Sequence record: SRR31156797_11328
Direction: 5' to 3' (one strand)
DNA: 39,440 bases
Made by a program: the position numbers and the translations under genes. Positions 19,427 to 28,142 of this stretch are shown here, piece after piece (position 1 is the first letter of the stretch; each line of letters opens with the position of its first letter). The notes under the pieces were generated by a model that saw nothing but the letters and a program-made list of their open reading frames with translations, was not told the DNA's origin and did no database searches.

Positions 19427-20317
19427 ATGGCAATGGTTCAAGGCAAGTCGTTAAAATACCGAGTGTGGGCAACACATATTGCGATGTGGGTTTTCCTAGC
19501 TATAATTATTTTCCCATTATTGATGGTTGTGGCTATCTCTTTCCGTGAAGGTAACTTCGCAACGGGTAGTATTATTCCTGAAAACCCATCTCTTGAGCAC
19601 TGGAAACTCGCTTTAGGGATTGCAGTTGAAAACGCTGATGGTACGGTGACACCGCCTCCATTCCCAGTATTAACCTGGTTGTGGAACTCAATCAAAGTGG
19701 CGGGCATTTCATCGGTGTTGATTGTGGCTCTTTCAACGACTTCAGCTTACGCATTTGCACGCATGAAGTTCAAAGGTAAGAGTACCATTCTTAAAGCGAT
19801 GATGATTTTCCAAATGTTCCCAGCAGTACTTGCGCTGGTGGCTTTATACGCTCTGTTCGATAAGCTAGGTCAGTACATTCCTTTCCTAGGTTTAAACACA
19901 CACGGTGGTTTGATTTTCTCCTACCTAGGCGGTATTGCATTGCATGTTTGGACTATTAAAGGTTATTTCGAAACGATTGATAACTCGTTAGAAGAAGCTG
20001 CCGCGTTGGATGGTGCAACACCTTGGCAAGCGTTCAAACTGGTTCTTTTACCTTTATCAGTACCAATCCTAGCAGTTGTGTTTATCCTCTCATTTATCGC
20101 AACAGTGGGTGAGGTTCCTGTGGCATCACTACTACTTTCTGATGTAAACTCTTATACACTTGCGGTTGGTATGCAGCAGTACTTATATCCTCAGAACTAC
20201 TTATGGGGTGACTTTGCGGCAGCAGCAGTGTTATCTGCATTACCAATTACTATCGTATTCTTGCTTGCGCAGCGTTGGTTAGTCGGAGGACTTACGTCCG
20301 GCGGTGTGAAAGGATAA
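19427..20317 (+). CDS. malG: Maltose ABC transporter permease MalG
   Basis: MAMVQGKS start, EAA motif [19 protein letters not shown] end. Confidence 0.96.
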   Translation: MAMVQGKSLKYRVWATHIAMWVFLAIIIFPLLMVVAISFREGNFATGSIIPENPSLEHWKLALGIAVENADGTVTPPPFPVLTWLWNSIKVAGISSVLIVALSTTSAYAFARMKFKGKSTILKAMMIFQMFPAVLALVALYALFDKLGQYIPFLGLNTHGGLIFSYLGGIALHVWTIKGYFETIDNSLEEAAALDGATPWQAFKLVLLPLSVPILAVVFILSFIATVGEVPVASLLLSDVNSYTLAVGMQQYLYPQNYLWGDFAAAAVLSALPITIVFLLAQRWLVGGLTSGGVKG

Positions 20318-20503
20318 CAACGATAAGGGCGGCTGTAAGGTCGCCCATTTTGTTTTCTGCTTAACAATTTGGTTTGGCCGCTGATCAGTTAAGACGGAAG
20401 CATACATTCTGGCGTTACGCATAGCTGGCTATTAGCTCAATTCCTTACTGTAAATGACTAATAGTTTTTGTAACCATAACCTGAGCACTGCTCAGGTTTT
20501 TTT
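20315..20503 (+). ncRNA. micX: Probable MicX sRNA (malG 3'-derived)
   Basis: About 190 nt of non-coding sequence directly after malG, with a 5' hairpin (GGGCGGCT...GGTCGCCC), an anti-SD-like ATTCCTTAC and a strong terminator. Position and length fit V. cholerae MicX. Boundaries approximate; sequence identity not verified. Confidence 0.6.
20478..20503 (+). terminator. Intrinsic terminator of the malEFG/MicX transcript
   Basis: AACCTGAGCA-C-TGCTCAGGTTTTTTT. Confidence 0.85.
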
Positions 20504-20597
20504 ATGCATAGAATTTATTGCTTGTGTAATTAATTGGGTGTGCTTGGTATTGACTGTGTGAATGGTTGGCGTGTGTAACGGTCTTAATGAGGTGCAG

Positions 20598-20849
20598 TTA
20601 TAGCTCGCGACTGGATGGCGCGCAGCCTATGTATTGAAGTAAAACGAACAGGCTTTCTTGTTGCAAAGCAACTTTGCGAAACAGGTCTGCAAACGTGTCG
20701 TCACCACCGAAGCAAGTGCGGATATAGTGGTTGATTTCTGAAGGTTGGTAACCTTCAACATAGAGTGTCCTGATCCAGTGATATTCGACAGATTTTAAGT
20801 CACAAAGCGTGTGTTCACTTAGGGTTATATCACTGATGGACATTGCCAT
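20598..20849 (-). CDS. Small hypothetical protein (83 aa)
   Basis: Free-standing ORF with protein-like composition and a purine-rich RBS (GAGAGAAAAC). Confidence 0.65.
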   Translation of the reverse strand: MAMSISDITLSEHTLCDLKSVEYHWIRTLYVEGYQPSEINHYIRTCFGGDDTFADLFRKVALQQESLFVLLQYIGCAPSSREL

Positions 20850-20967
20850 GTCGGTTTTCTCTAGAGAGTCTATTTAATTTTCCAGCTTATTAAATCAGAC
20901 AAAAATGAAGCTTATATGACAACGCTAGTCTTTGTTTTAAAGGGTGGCGATTTAGCTATTGAAATTG

Positions 20968-20994
20968 AAAAGAGCGCACTTAAAGGTGCGCTCT
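20968..20994 (-). terminator. Intrinsic terminator of alr
   Basis: AAAAGAGCGCAC-TTAAAG-GTGCGCTCT. Confidence 0.8.
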
Positions 20995-21001
20995 GATAAG
21001 A

Positions 21002-22081
21002 CTATCGGGGTAGATATTGCTTATGAACCCTTTTGGTGAGTTTTATCACTAATTCATAAGGTATTGTCCCGATGTGCTTGGCTACTTTCTCGATGGGAAG
21101 GTTTTCTCCCCAAAATTCCACCGTATCACCGACTTTATCTTGTGCCTCTGGGCCGAGGTTGATAGTGACCATATCCATAGAGACTCTGCCTGAAATAGGC
21201 ACGACTCTACCGTTAATATAAACGGGTGTTCCTTCTGGTGCTGAACGTGGGTAGCCGTCTCCGTAACCCATTGCGACTACACCGATATAGGTATCCTCGC
21301 TTGAAGTCCACGTTTCGCCGTAACCAACGGGCTGGTGTGCCTTGTGTTTACGCACTGCAATCAGTTTTGAGTTCAGTGTCATTGCACTGCGTAGACCGTG
21401 TTGCGAACCGACTTCATCTTCATTAGGAGATATCCCGTAGAGCGAAATTCCTGCACGCATATAATCTAAGTGAGAATCTGACCAGTAGAGTATGCCAGCA
21501 GAGTTGGCTAGCGTTTTAGGGCCAGGAAAGCGCGCTGTTTGAGACAGGAATAGGTCTATTTGTTTTTGAGTTGTGACACTGGAAAGATCATCGGCACAGC
21601 TAAAGTGGCTCATAAAACCGACTGGGCCTGCGAGCTTATCTGTTGCTTCAATTTGTTCAACGAACTCTTCAAGTTCACAAGGTTGGACCCCTAAACGGTG
21701 CATACCTGTATCTAGCTTAAGCCAAACCGTTATAGGTTTATCCACGTTGGCTTGTTTTAGGTCATCAAGCTGTTCTTGGCAGTGAATAGCGGTTTGAAAA
21801 CCCTCTTGGGCGGCAATTTCTAGATCTTGTTGGCAAAAGCAGCCCTCTAACAGCAGAATGGGTTGCGTGATATTGGCTGCGCGTAGCTCTTGGGCTTCTT
21901 CAAGCCGTGATACAGCGAACATATCTGCTTGTGGAAGTGCTTTTGCCGTTCTCACTGCATTGTGACCGTAGGCGTCGCCTTTAATCACGGCAACAACGGC
22001 CTTATCACCACACTTACTTTTTAACACATTGTAGTTATCACTAAGAGCTTGCAGATTGATAACCGCTTCTGCTGTGATCAT
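21002..22081 (-). CDS. alr: Alanine racemase (cytoplasmic paralog)
   Basis: PLP Lys motif AVIKGDAYGH, KLDTGMHRLG, catalytic Tyr in VGYG, GYGDGYPR, GRVSMDM, TIPYE; no signal peptide. Confidence 0.93.
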   Translation of the reverse strand: MITAEAVINLQALSDNYNVLKSKCGDKAVVAVIKGDAYGHNAVRTAKALPQADMFAVSRLEEAQELRAANITQPILLLEGCFCQQDLEIAAQEGFQTAIHCQEQLDDLKQANVDKPITVWLKLDTGMHRLGVQPCELEEFVEQIEATDKLAGPVGFMSHFSCADDLSSVTTQKQIDLFLSQTARFPGPKTLANSAGILYWSDSHLDYMRAGISLYGISPNEDEVGSQHGLRSAMTLNSKLIAVRKHKAHQPVGYGETWTSSEDTYIGVVAMGYGDGYPRSAPEGTPVYINGRVVPISGRVSMDMVTINLGPEAQDKVGDTVEFWGENLPIEKVAKHIGTIPYELVIKLTKRVHKQYLPR

Positions 22082-22215
22082 TGAATCTTCCCTAAATTTA
22101 ATATTATGTCCATTGCACTCAGAGATCAGCGTTAGGAGTCCGTATCATACTGAGTAATCGCTTTTTCTCCAACAAGGAGAAGTGAGTCGCTGACAACGAT
22201 TTTCTACCTGTGCAA

Positions 22216-22231
22216 AGCAATGTTTTTGCCA
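22216..22231 (-). promoter_or_regulatory. Sigma54 (-24/-12) promoter upstream of alr
   Basis: Minus strand reads TGGCAA-AAACA-TTGCT vs consensus TGGCAC-N5-TTGCW, about 135 nt upstream of the start codon. Confidence 0.65.
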
Positions 22232-22563
22232 TGAAGTTGCTTTGGATAATGTGAGAAAAAATAAGTGCTGCTACGTGTTACTAGCATAAAGCTACTTAAG
22301 CACTTTTACTTTCTATTGATGAAGTTAATTTGGGAGTTGTTTGGTGTTTAATTCTAATTATTTTTAATTTTTCGATATTTTATTTATCTTCATTGTCGGT
22401 GTTGATAAGTATGAAACTCCGTTGATTAGGACAACTCATTTATATTAATCGAGCTGATTAGTGTAGTTGTGCACTGTTTTAGTGCTTTTAGGTTCATTTT
22501 AGTTCATTTGGTGGCTGCTTTACGCTACCGGCTAATTCATGAGTGGCGAATACGTAACAAAAT

Positions 22564-22579
22564 TATGACGATTGTCACA
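22564..22579. promoter_or_regulatory. Candidate CRP site in the alr-dgcN intergenic region
   Basis: TATGA-CGATTG-TCACA, one mismatch to TGTGA-N6-TCACA. Confidence 0.45.
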
Positions 22580-22950
22580 AATTTTAATTATCTAAAAAAA
22601 ATAGTTTATCTGGAATAACTGACTGTTTGATTTGTGGGGTGAGATTTTAGATTAGACGCAGTGATCAGATGATTACAAAATAATCTTTCAAATCAAGCTT
22701 TGTCGTGTTCGATCATCATCTTAAAAATTTAAATAAAAAAGGTTTTTGTATAATTTCGCAGTGGTTGAATTTTTATTCATTATAATATTAATTTGTGAAT
22801 ATTTAGTGAATATCAAGCTCGATATTTAGATAATACTGAATAATTTTGCAATGCTTTGGCTATTGTTGTCACGGATTATGCACTGTAGGTTATAGTTCAA
22901 ATTGATATTAACTGCTGGTCAATAGTGTCCAGCCATGGAGAACAAACGAG

Positions 22951-23955
22951 ATGGAACTTAAACAACCTTACCTATTGTTTTTGGGTGACGCAGCTGACGC
23001 GCTTGCTGCAAAAGTTGCTCAAGGCATTAAAACATGGCGACCTGAATACTGTGTGGGTCAGTTACGCTTGGAAGGCTGCAACGCAGATGTTGGCCTTGAA
23101 GATTTAAACATCGCGCAAGCTGCCGAAGCTGGTGCCAAGACTTTGGTTATCGGAGTGGCAAACCGTGGCGGTGTGATTTCTAAAGAGTGGGTTTCCGTTT
23201 TGGTCGAAGCTTTGGAAGCAGGAATGGATATTGCCGCTGGCTTGCATAACAAGCTTACTGACATTCCAGAACTGGTGGAGTGCGCGGAGAAAAATGGTTG
23301 TTCATTGTTTGATGTTCGTTATCCGACACAAGTTTACCCAGTTGCTAACGGCAAGAAACGGTCAGGTAAGCGCTTACTTACTGTTGGTACCGACTGCTCT
23401 GTGGGCAAAATGTATACTTCTCTTGCAATTGAAAAAGAGATGAAAGATCGCGGTATGGATGCAGATTTCCGTGCGACAGGCCAAACCGGTATTCTTATCA
23501 CTGGTGCTGGAGTGAGTGCTGACTGTGTGGTTGCTGATTTTATTGCTGGTGCAATTGAAACCATTACTCCAGAAAACGATCCACAACACTGGGATGTTGT
23601 TGAGGGACAAGGTTCACTGTTCCATGCCTCTTTTGCTGGGGTAACAACGGGCCTAATTCATGGTTCACAAGCGGATGCGTTAGTGTTGTGCCATGAACCA
23701 ACACGCGCTCATATGCGTGGATTGCCTGATTACAAATTGCCTGATTTAGTGACCTGTATGGAAGCTAACTTAGCGACCGCGCGTTTAACTAACTCAGCCG
23801 TACAGTTTGTTGGTGTATCTATCAACACATCAGGACTCACTGAAAGTGAAGCTCTCGCCTATATGGACCAAGTTGAATCTGAACTGGGTTTACCTGTTGT
23901 CGATCCTTTCCGTCAAGGTGTTGCTCGAATTGTAGATAAACTCGCGGAGTTGTAA
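22951..23955 (+). CDS. dgcN: D-glutamate N-acetyltransferase DgcN (DUF1611 family)
   Basis: PYLLFLGDA...AAKVAQGI..WRPE, P-loop-like VGTDCSVGKM, ATGQTGI, VEGQGSLFH, HGSQAD.LVLCHEP. Confidence 0.88.
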   Translation: MELKQPYLLFLGDAADALAAKVAQGIKTWRPEYCVGQLRLEGCNADVGLEDLNIAQAAEAGAKTLVIGVANRGGVISKEWVSVLVEALEAGMDIAAGLHNKLTDIPELVECAEKNGCSLFDVRYPTQVYPVANGKKRSGKRLLTVGTDCSVGKMYTSLAIEKEMKDRGMDADFRATGQTGILITGAGVSADCVVADFIAGAIETITPENDPQHWDVVEGQGSLFHASFAGVTTGLIHGSQADALVLCHEPTRAHMRGLPDYKLPDLVTCMEANLATARLTNSAVQFVGVSINTSGLTESEALAYMDQVESELGLPVVDPFRQGVARIVDKLAEL

Positions 23956-24929
23956 TGAAGGTAAGCCTATACAAACAAAGCTGGCCAATTCTAGGGAGTT
24001 TTACTATCTCTCGAGGCAGTAAAACTCAGGCTGAAACCATCGTTGTTGAGTTAGAACACCAAGGCTTAGTAGGACGCGGGGAATGCGTTCCATACGGCCG
24101 ATACGGTGAATCGATTGATAGCGTTATGCAGCAAATCGAGCAAATTATCCCGCAACTTGAAGCGGGAGTCAGCCGAGATGATTTACAACCATTGTTACCA
24201 TCGGGTGCAGCTCGCAATGCTGTCGATTGCGCAATGTGGGATTTAGAATGCAAATCATCAGGGCAGTCTATCTGGGAGAAAGTGAAAGAGAAAGCGGGGC
24301 CACTAACAACAGCCTATACACTTTCTCTGGACACGCCAGAGAACATGCAGAAAACGGCTCAAGAGCATGCATTTCGCCCACTATTGAAGCTAAAGTTGGG
24401 CGGCCCAGATGACTTGGACCGTGTGAAAGCGGTTCGCCGTGGTGCTCCTAATGCCAAGATCATTTTGGATGCTAATGAAGCCTGGACGGCTGAAATCTAT
24501 CAACAATTGATCCCTGAATTATTGAAGCTCGATGTTGCGATGATAGAGCAGCCCTTTCATGCCGATGACGACCATGTATTGGACAACTTAGAACGCCCAA
24601 TCGCGATCTGTGCCGACGAATCTTGTCACGACAGAAAGAGCTTGAGCAAAGTGATTGGCCGTTATGACATGGTCAATATTAAGTTGGATAAAACGGGTGG
24701 TTTGACCGAAGCGCTACAACTTAAAGCAGAAGCAGAAGTGGCTGGGTTACGGATTATGGTTGGCTGTATGGTTTCATCGTCACTCAGTATGGCGCCAGCG
24801 TTTGTTGTCGCTCAAGGTGCGGAAGTGGTGGACTTAGATGGCCCATTACTATTAAGCGAAGATATTGAACACGGCTTTGAGTTTGAGAATAACTCGATGC
24901 TGCCTTTCCACAAATTGTTGTGGGGATAA
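23955..24929 (+). CDS. dgcA: N-acetyl-D-glutamate racemase DgcA (enolase superfamily, dipeptide-epimerase group)
   Basis: FTISRG, KLKLG, metal ligands DANE/EQP/ADES, NIKLDKTGG, DLDG; TAATG overlap with dgcN. Confidence 0.85.
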   Translation: MKVSLYKQSWPILGSFTISRGSKTQAETIVVELEHQGLVGRGECVPYGRYGESIDSVMQQIEQIIPQLEAGVSRDDLQPLLPSGAARNAVDCAMWDLECKSSGQSIWEKVKEKAGPLTTAYTLSLDTPENMQKTAQEHAFRPLLKLKLGGPDDLDRVKAVRRGAPNAKIILDANEAWTAEIYQQLIPELLKLDVAMIEQPFHADDDHVLDNLERPIAICADESCHDRKSLSKVIGRYDMVNIKLDKTGGLTEALQLKAEAEVAGLRIMVGCMVSSSLSMAPAFVVAQGAEVVDLDGPLLLSEDIEHGFEFENNSMLPFHKLLWG

Positions 24930-24939
24930 GGGGAAAATA

Positions 24940-25797
24940 ATGGAACGTATTGTATATCTCAATGGAGAGTATCTTGCTGAAAGCCAGGCAAAAATTTCAG
25001 TATTTGATCGAGGGTTTCTCTTTGCAGATGCTGTCTACGAAGTCACCGCGGTTCTGGATGGTAAGTTAATCGATCATGAAGGGCATTTGGCCCGACTGGA
25101 GCGTTCATCAAAAGAGTTAGGCATTAAAATGCCTGTAACAGGTGGCGAGTTGATGGAAATTCAACGTCAGCTTATTGAGAAGAACGGGCTGGTGGAAGGT
25201 GGTATTTATCTTCAACTGACTCGCGGTGATGAAGGTGATCGCGATTTTTCATACAGTGATGATATTGAACCAACACTGGTTCTATTTACTCAATCACGTA
25301 GCCTGATCAACAGCCCTAAAACCCAAACGGGTATCAAAGTGATTTCGTTTGACGATATTCGTTGGCGTCGCCGGGATATTAAAACCACGAGTTTACTTCC
25401 AGCTTGTATGGCAAAACACGCCGCTCACGCTGCTGGTGCAGAAGATGTCTGGTTGATCGAAGATGGCTTTGTGACAGAAGGTGGTTCAAGCAACGCTTAT
25501 ATTGTGACAGAAGATAACGTGTTAGTAACACGACCTCTCAGTAATGATATTCTTCACGGTATTACACGAGCGTCATTAATGAAGCTTGCTCAGGAACTGA
25601 ATCTGACCATTGAAGAGCGTTTGTTTACCATTGATGAAGCCTATGCGGCAAAAGAAGCGTTTATCAGTTCAGCAACCACGTTTGTTTGGCCAGTTGTGGC
25701 AATCGATGACAAGCCGGTTGGAACGGGTAAACCAGGAGAAATTGCATTAAAACTGCGTGAGATATACATCAAAACAGCTAAAGAATTAGCGGAGTAA
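24940..25797 (+). CDS. dat: D-amino-acid transaminase (PLP class IV)
   Basis: DRGFLFADAVYEV, IYLQLTRG, RW.RRDIKT (PLP Lys), TEG.SSN, ILHGITR; ATG 24940 after GGGA. Confidence 0.88.
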   Translation: MERIVYLNGEYLAESQAKISVFDRGFLFADAVYEVTAVLDGKLIDHEGHLARLERSSKELGIKMPVTGGELMEIQRQLIEKNGLVEGGIYLQLTRGDEGDRDFSYSDDIEPTLVLFTQSRSLINSPKTQTGIKVISFDDIRWRRRDIKTTSLLPACMAKHAAHAAGAEDVWLIEDGFVTEGGSSNAYIVTEDNVLVTRPLSNDILHGITRASLMKLAQELNLTIEERLFTIDEAYAAKEAFISSATTFVWPVVAIDDKPVGTGKPGEIALKLREIYIKTAKELAE

Positions 25798-25879
25798 TCA
25801 TTATCTATTTGAGGTCGTAGCATGAGTTGAGATTTAACACGGTGCTGCGAGTTCATAACACGTCAGTTTGGCTAGCAAT

Positions 25880-25907
25880 AAACACCCAGCGAGCGCTGGG
25901 TGTTTTT
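25880..25907. terminator. Bidirectional terminator between dat and the thioesterase gene
   Basis: AAACACCCAGC-GAGC-GCTGGGTGTTTTT. Confidence 0.85.
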
Positions 25908-26411
25908 CTATTGGTCGGCTTTCAAGTACTTTACGTGCGCTTCCATCTCTTCGCCGATTTCAGTCCGCATGTTCATTAATCGAATCGCCGAATCGCGCAG
26001 TGCAATATCTTCTGGTGTTTCAGGCTCCCAATTCGGAACCTGAGTTGGCTTGCCGTTTTCATCCACAGCAACCATGATGACTATACAGTGGGTAGTGAGT
26101 CGATTTTTAAGCTCTTTAGGATCACTTGCTTGAACATCAATAGCGATATGCATAGACGTTCTTCCGGTGTAAATCACTTTAGCGCTGACTTCTACCATAT
26201 TCCCAACGTGGATGGGTTCTACGAAGCGGATACCGCCAGCATAAGCCGTAATACAGTACTTACCACTCCAGGCTGCAGAACAAGCATACGCCGCTAAATC
26301 AATCCATTTCATCACGGCTCCACCATGCACTTTACCGCCAAAATTGACGTCACCGGGCTCTGCTAAAAATCGAAGCGTACTCTCTCTTTTGCCTTTGTTA
26401 CCCTCACTCAT
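25908..26411 (-). CDS. Acyl-CoA thioesterase (hotdog fold, YciA-like)
   Basis: DVNFGGKVHGGAVMKWID and TGRTSM motifs. Confidence 0.9.
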   Translation of the reverse strand: MSEGNKGKRESTLRFLAEPGDVNFGGKVHGGAVMKWIDLAAYACSAAWSGKYCITAYAGGIRFVEPIHVGNMVEVSAKVIYTGRTSMHIAIDVQASDPKELKNRLTTHCIVIMVAVDENGKPTQVPNWEPETPEDIALRDSAIRLMNMRTEIGEEMEAHVKYLKADQ

Positions 26412-26587
26412 GGGCTTTTCCTTCTTTAGGCTATCGTTGTCTTTTACTAATAACGAATTAGCTACGTTTTAGCAACAAAAACAAGAGTAAGTTAGCCAGC
26501 TCCTAGCACGATGATATGGATCCTGTTTGTTCCTTGAACCTGATGGCCAACAAAGGTTCATTTTTAATTCATGCAAAACAATTACTT

Positions 26588-27505
26588 TCAGCTGTTTCTA
26601 TGAGCGTTTAGCTCTAGGTAATCTAAAGAATTTAAAATTTGCCCAGCAAGCTCGTGATTGCTTCCTGAAAGTGCGATGGACACTTTGGTATCTTTTACCA
26701 GTGCCTCCATGTTGTTTTTTACTATGTTTGAGTTTGATAATTGAGCTTCGATAGCGTCGATAATATTTTTTGACGATGATTTACTTTCTAAAGAAATAGT
26801 AATCAGTGCTTTCATATCTTGCATAGTTTCTTGAGTGACACTTGAGCTCAAAATAATGACGTCTTCGACTTCTTTTTGTTTTTCAAAAATGCTGTCAGAA
26901 ATTTTTGAAATGGATGACATTTCAATATCGATGCTTTCTGCCGACTGATTCGCAGTATTTGCCAGCTGACGGACTTCGTCTGCGACGACAGCAAAACCTC
27001 GACCGTGTTCACCCGCTCTGGCTGCTTCGATTGCGGCGTTTAATGCTAAAAGGTTGGTTTGTGCAGCAATACCCTTAATTGAATCAACAAGTTGAGTAAC
27101 ATTGTTGTTTATATCGTTGAGAGTTTCCAACAGCTCACTGAATTGACAAATTTTTTCTCTGGACACCACCACTTGTTGTTCGAGTTTCTCTAACTTTTCA
27201 ATAGTTTGTTGCGCATTGTCAGCGGTGTGGCTTGCACTTTTGAAATTTTCGCACGACAACTGGCTAATACTTTCTGATTGCTGAATGAACTGATTGATCA
27301 ATTCATTATTTTGTTCAATGGCATCTGCTCGGTTACTTGAGGCCTTATGAACGTTTGCAGCATTTTCGAAAATCTTTTCTGCATATTGAGTCGGGTTATG
27401 TTCAGCAAATAGGGCGTACTTATTGTTAATATGAGTAAGCTTATCGACTTGGCTAACATCCATTTCAATAATGTTCTCAGGTTTCTTTTTAAATAGTTTT
27501 AGCAT
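26588..27505 (-). CDS. Soluble methyl-accepting chemotaxis protein (no TM segment)
   Basis: Signalling tip [40 protein letters not shown] 27505 lies 2 nt after the upstream stop; no hydrophobic helix. Confidence 0.85.
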   Translation of the reverse strand: MLKLFKKKPENIIEMDVSQVDKLTHINNKYALFAEHNPTQYAEKIFENAANVHKASSNRADAIEQNNELINQFIQQSESISQLSCENFKSASHTADNAQQTIEKLEKLEQQVVVSREKICQFSELLETLNDINNNVTQLVDSIKGIAAQTNLLALNAAIEAARAGEHGRGFAVVADEVRQLANTANQSAESIDIEMSSISKISDSIFEKQKEVEDVIILSSSVTQETMQDMKALITISLESKSSSKNIIDAIEAQLSNSNIVKNNMEALVKDTKVSIALSGSNHELAGQILNSLDYLELNAHRNS

Positions 27506-27507
27506 AA

Positions 27508-27747
27508 TTATTCTACTGTAGTGCGAGACTTTAATAATGTTGATACGCTCGCTTGTGTCGAAACACAAAATGGAACGCAATAAGTTAAAAGCATTTTCTT
27601 TATAAGTGATGCGTCAATATTGTTAGTTATTATATTTTCACCATGATTAATAAACATCAATATAGTCCCAACGATTAATGAAACCTTAAAAGATCTTTTT
27701 AATATTGTTGGTTCTGAAGCTACTATTAAAAATTGTTTTATATTCAC
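27508..27747 (-). CDS. nrtS: NrtS-family small membrane protein (2 TM)
   Basis: [20 protein letters not shown]...[14 protein letters not shown] matches the NrtS pattern (VGT.L..IN.G...LTY.VP..VS); GTG start. Confidence 0.7.
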   Translation of the reverse strand: MNIKQFLIVASEPTILKRSFKVSLIVGTILMFINHGENIITNNIDASLIKKMLLTYCVPFCVSTQASVSTLLKSRTTVE

Positions 27748-28142
27748 TTTGAACTCTTATTTTTAAGGGGGGTATGTTATTTAGGCTATCAATTTGAAGC
27801 TTATGTGACAAAATTAAATACCCATATAAAATGCAAAATTGTTATATATTAATTTGAAATTTTTATTTTATTAATTTCATTGCATATTAAATTTTGATTC
27901 TTTGGTATACAGAACAATAGGTTGCTGAAGGTAGCGTTCGGTCGCTCGCAAAGGCTAACATCGCCACGAAGGCAAGGGAAATATTGGGCATAAGGAGATT
28001 TAAATTAGAATATTTGCTCAAATTGTTTTGTCGATCGAAAATTGTACAAACACTTTGATACCTATATAAGTTTGTTGAGAGATTTAGTTGTAGTGGCTGA
28101 TATAGTCTTTTTAAGTTTACAGATAAGTATCAGGGAATTGAG

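Noticed and set aside
22867..22882. Sigma54-like TGTCACGGATTATGCA upstream of dgcN
   Set aside because: Lacks the near-invariant GG at -24.
24865..27580. Extended ORF-track starts for dat (24865) and the soluble MCP (27580)
   Set aside because: The extensions overlap upstream genes; ATGs at 24940 and 27505 fit the family N-terminus, RBS or translational coupling better.
28077..28103. Sigma28-like -10 element GCTGATAT upstream of the membrane MCP
   Set aside because: No TAAA -35 element at the required 15-nt spacing.
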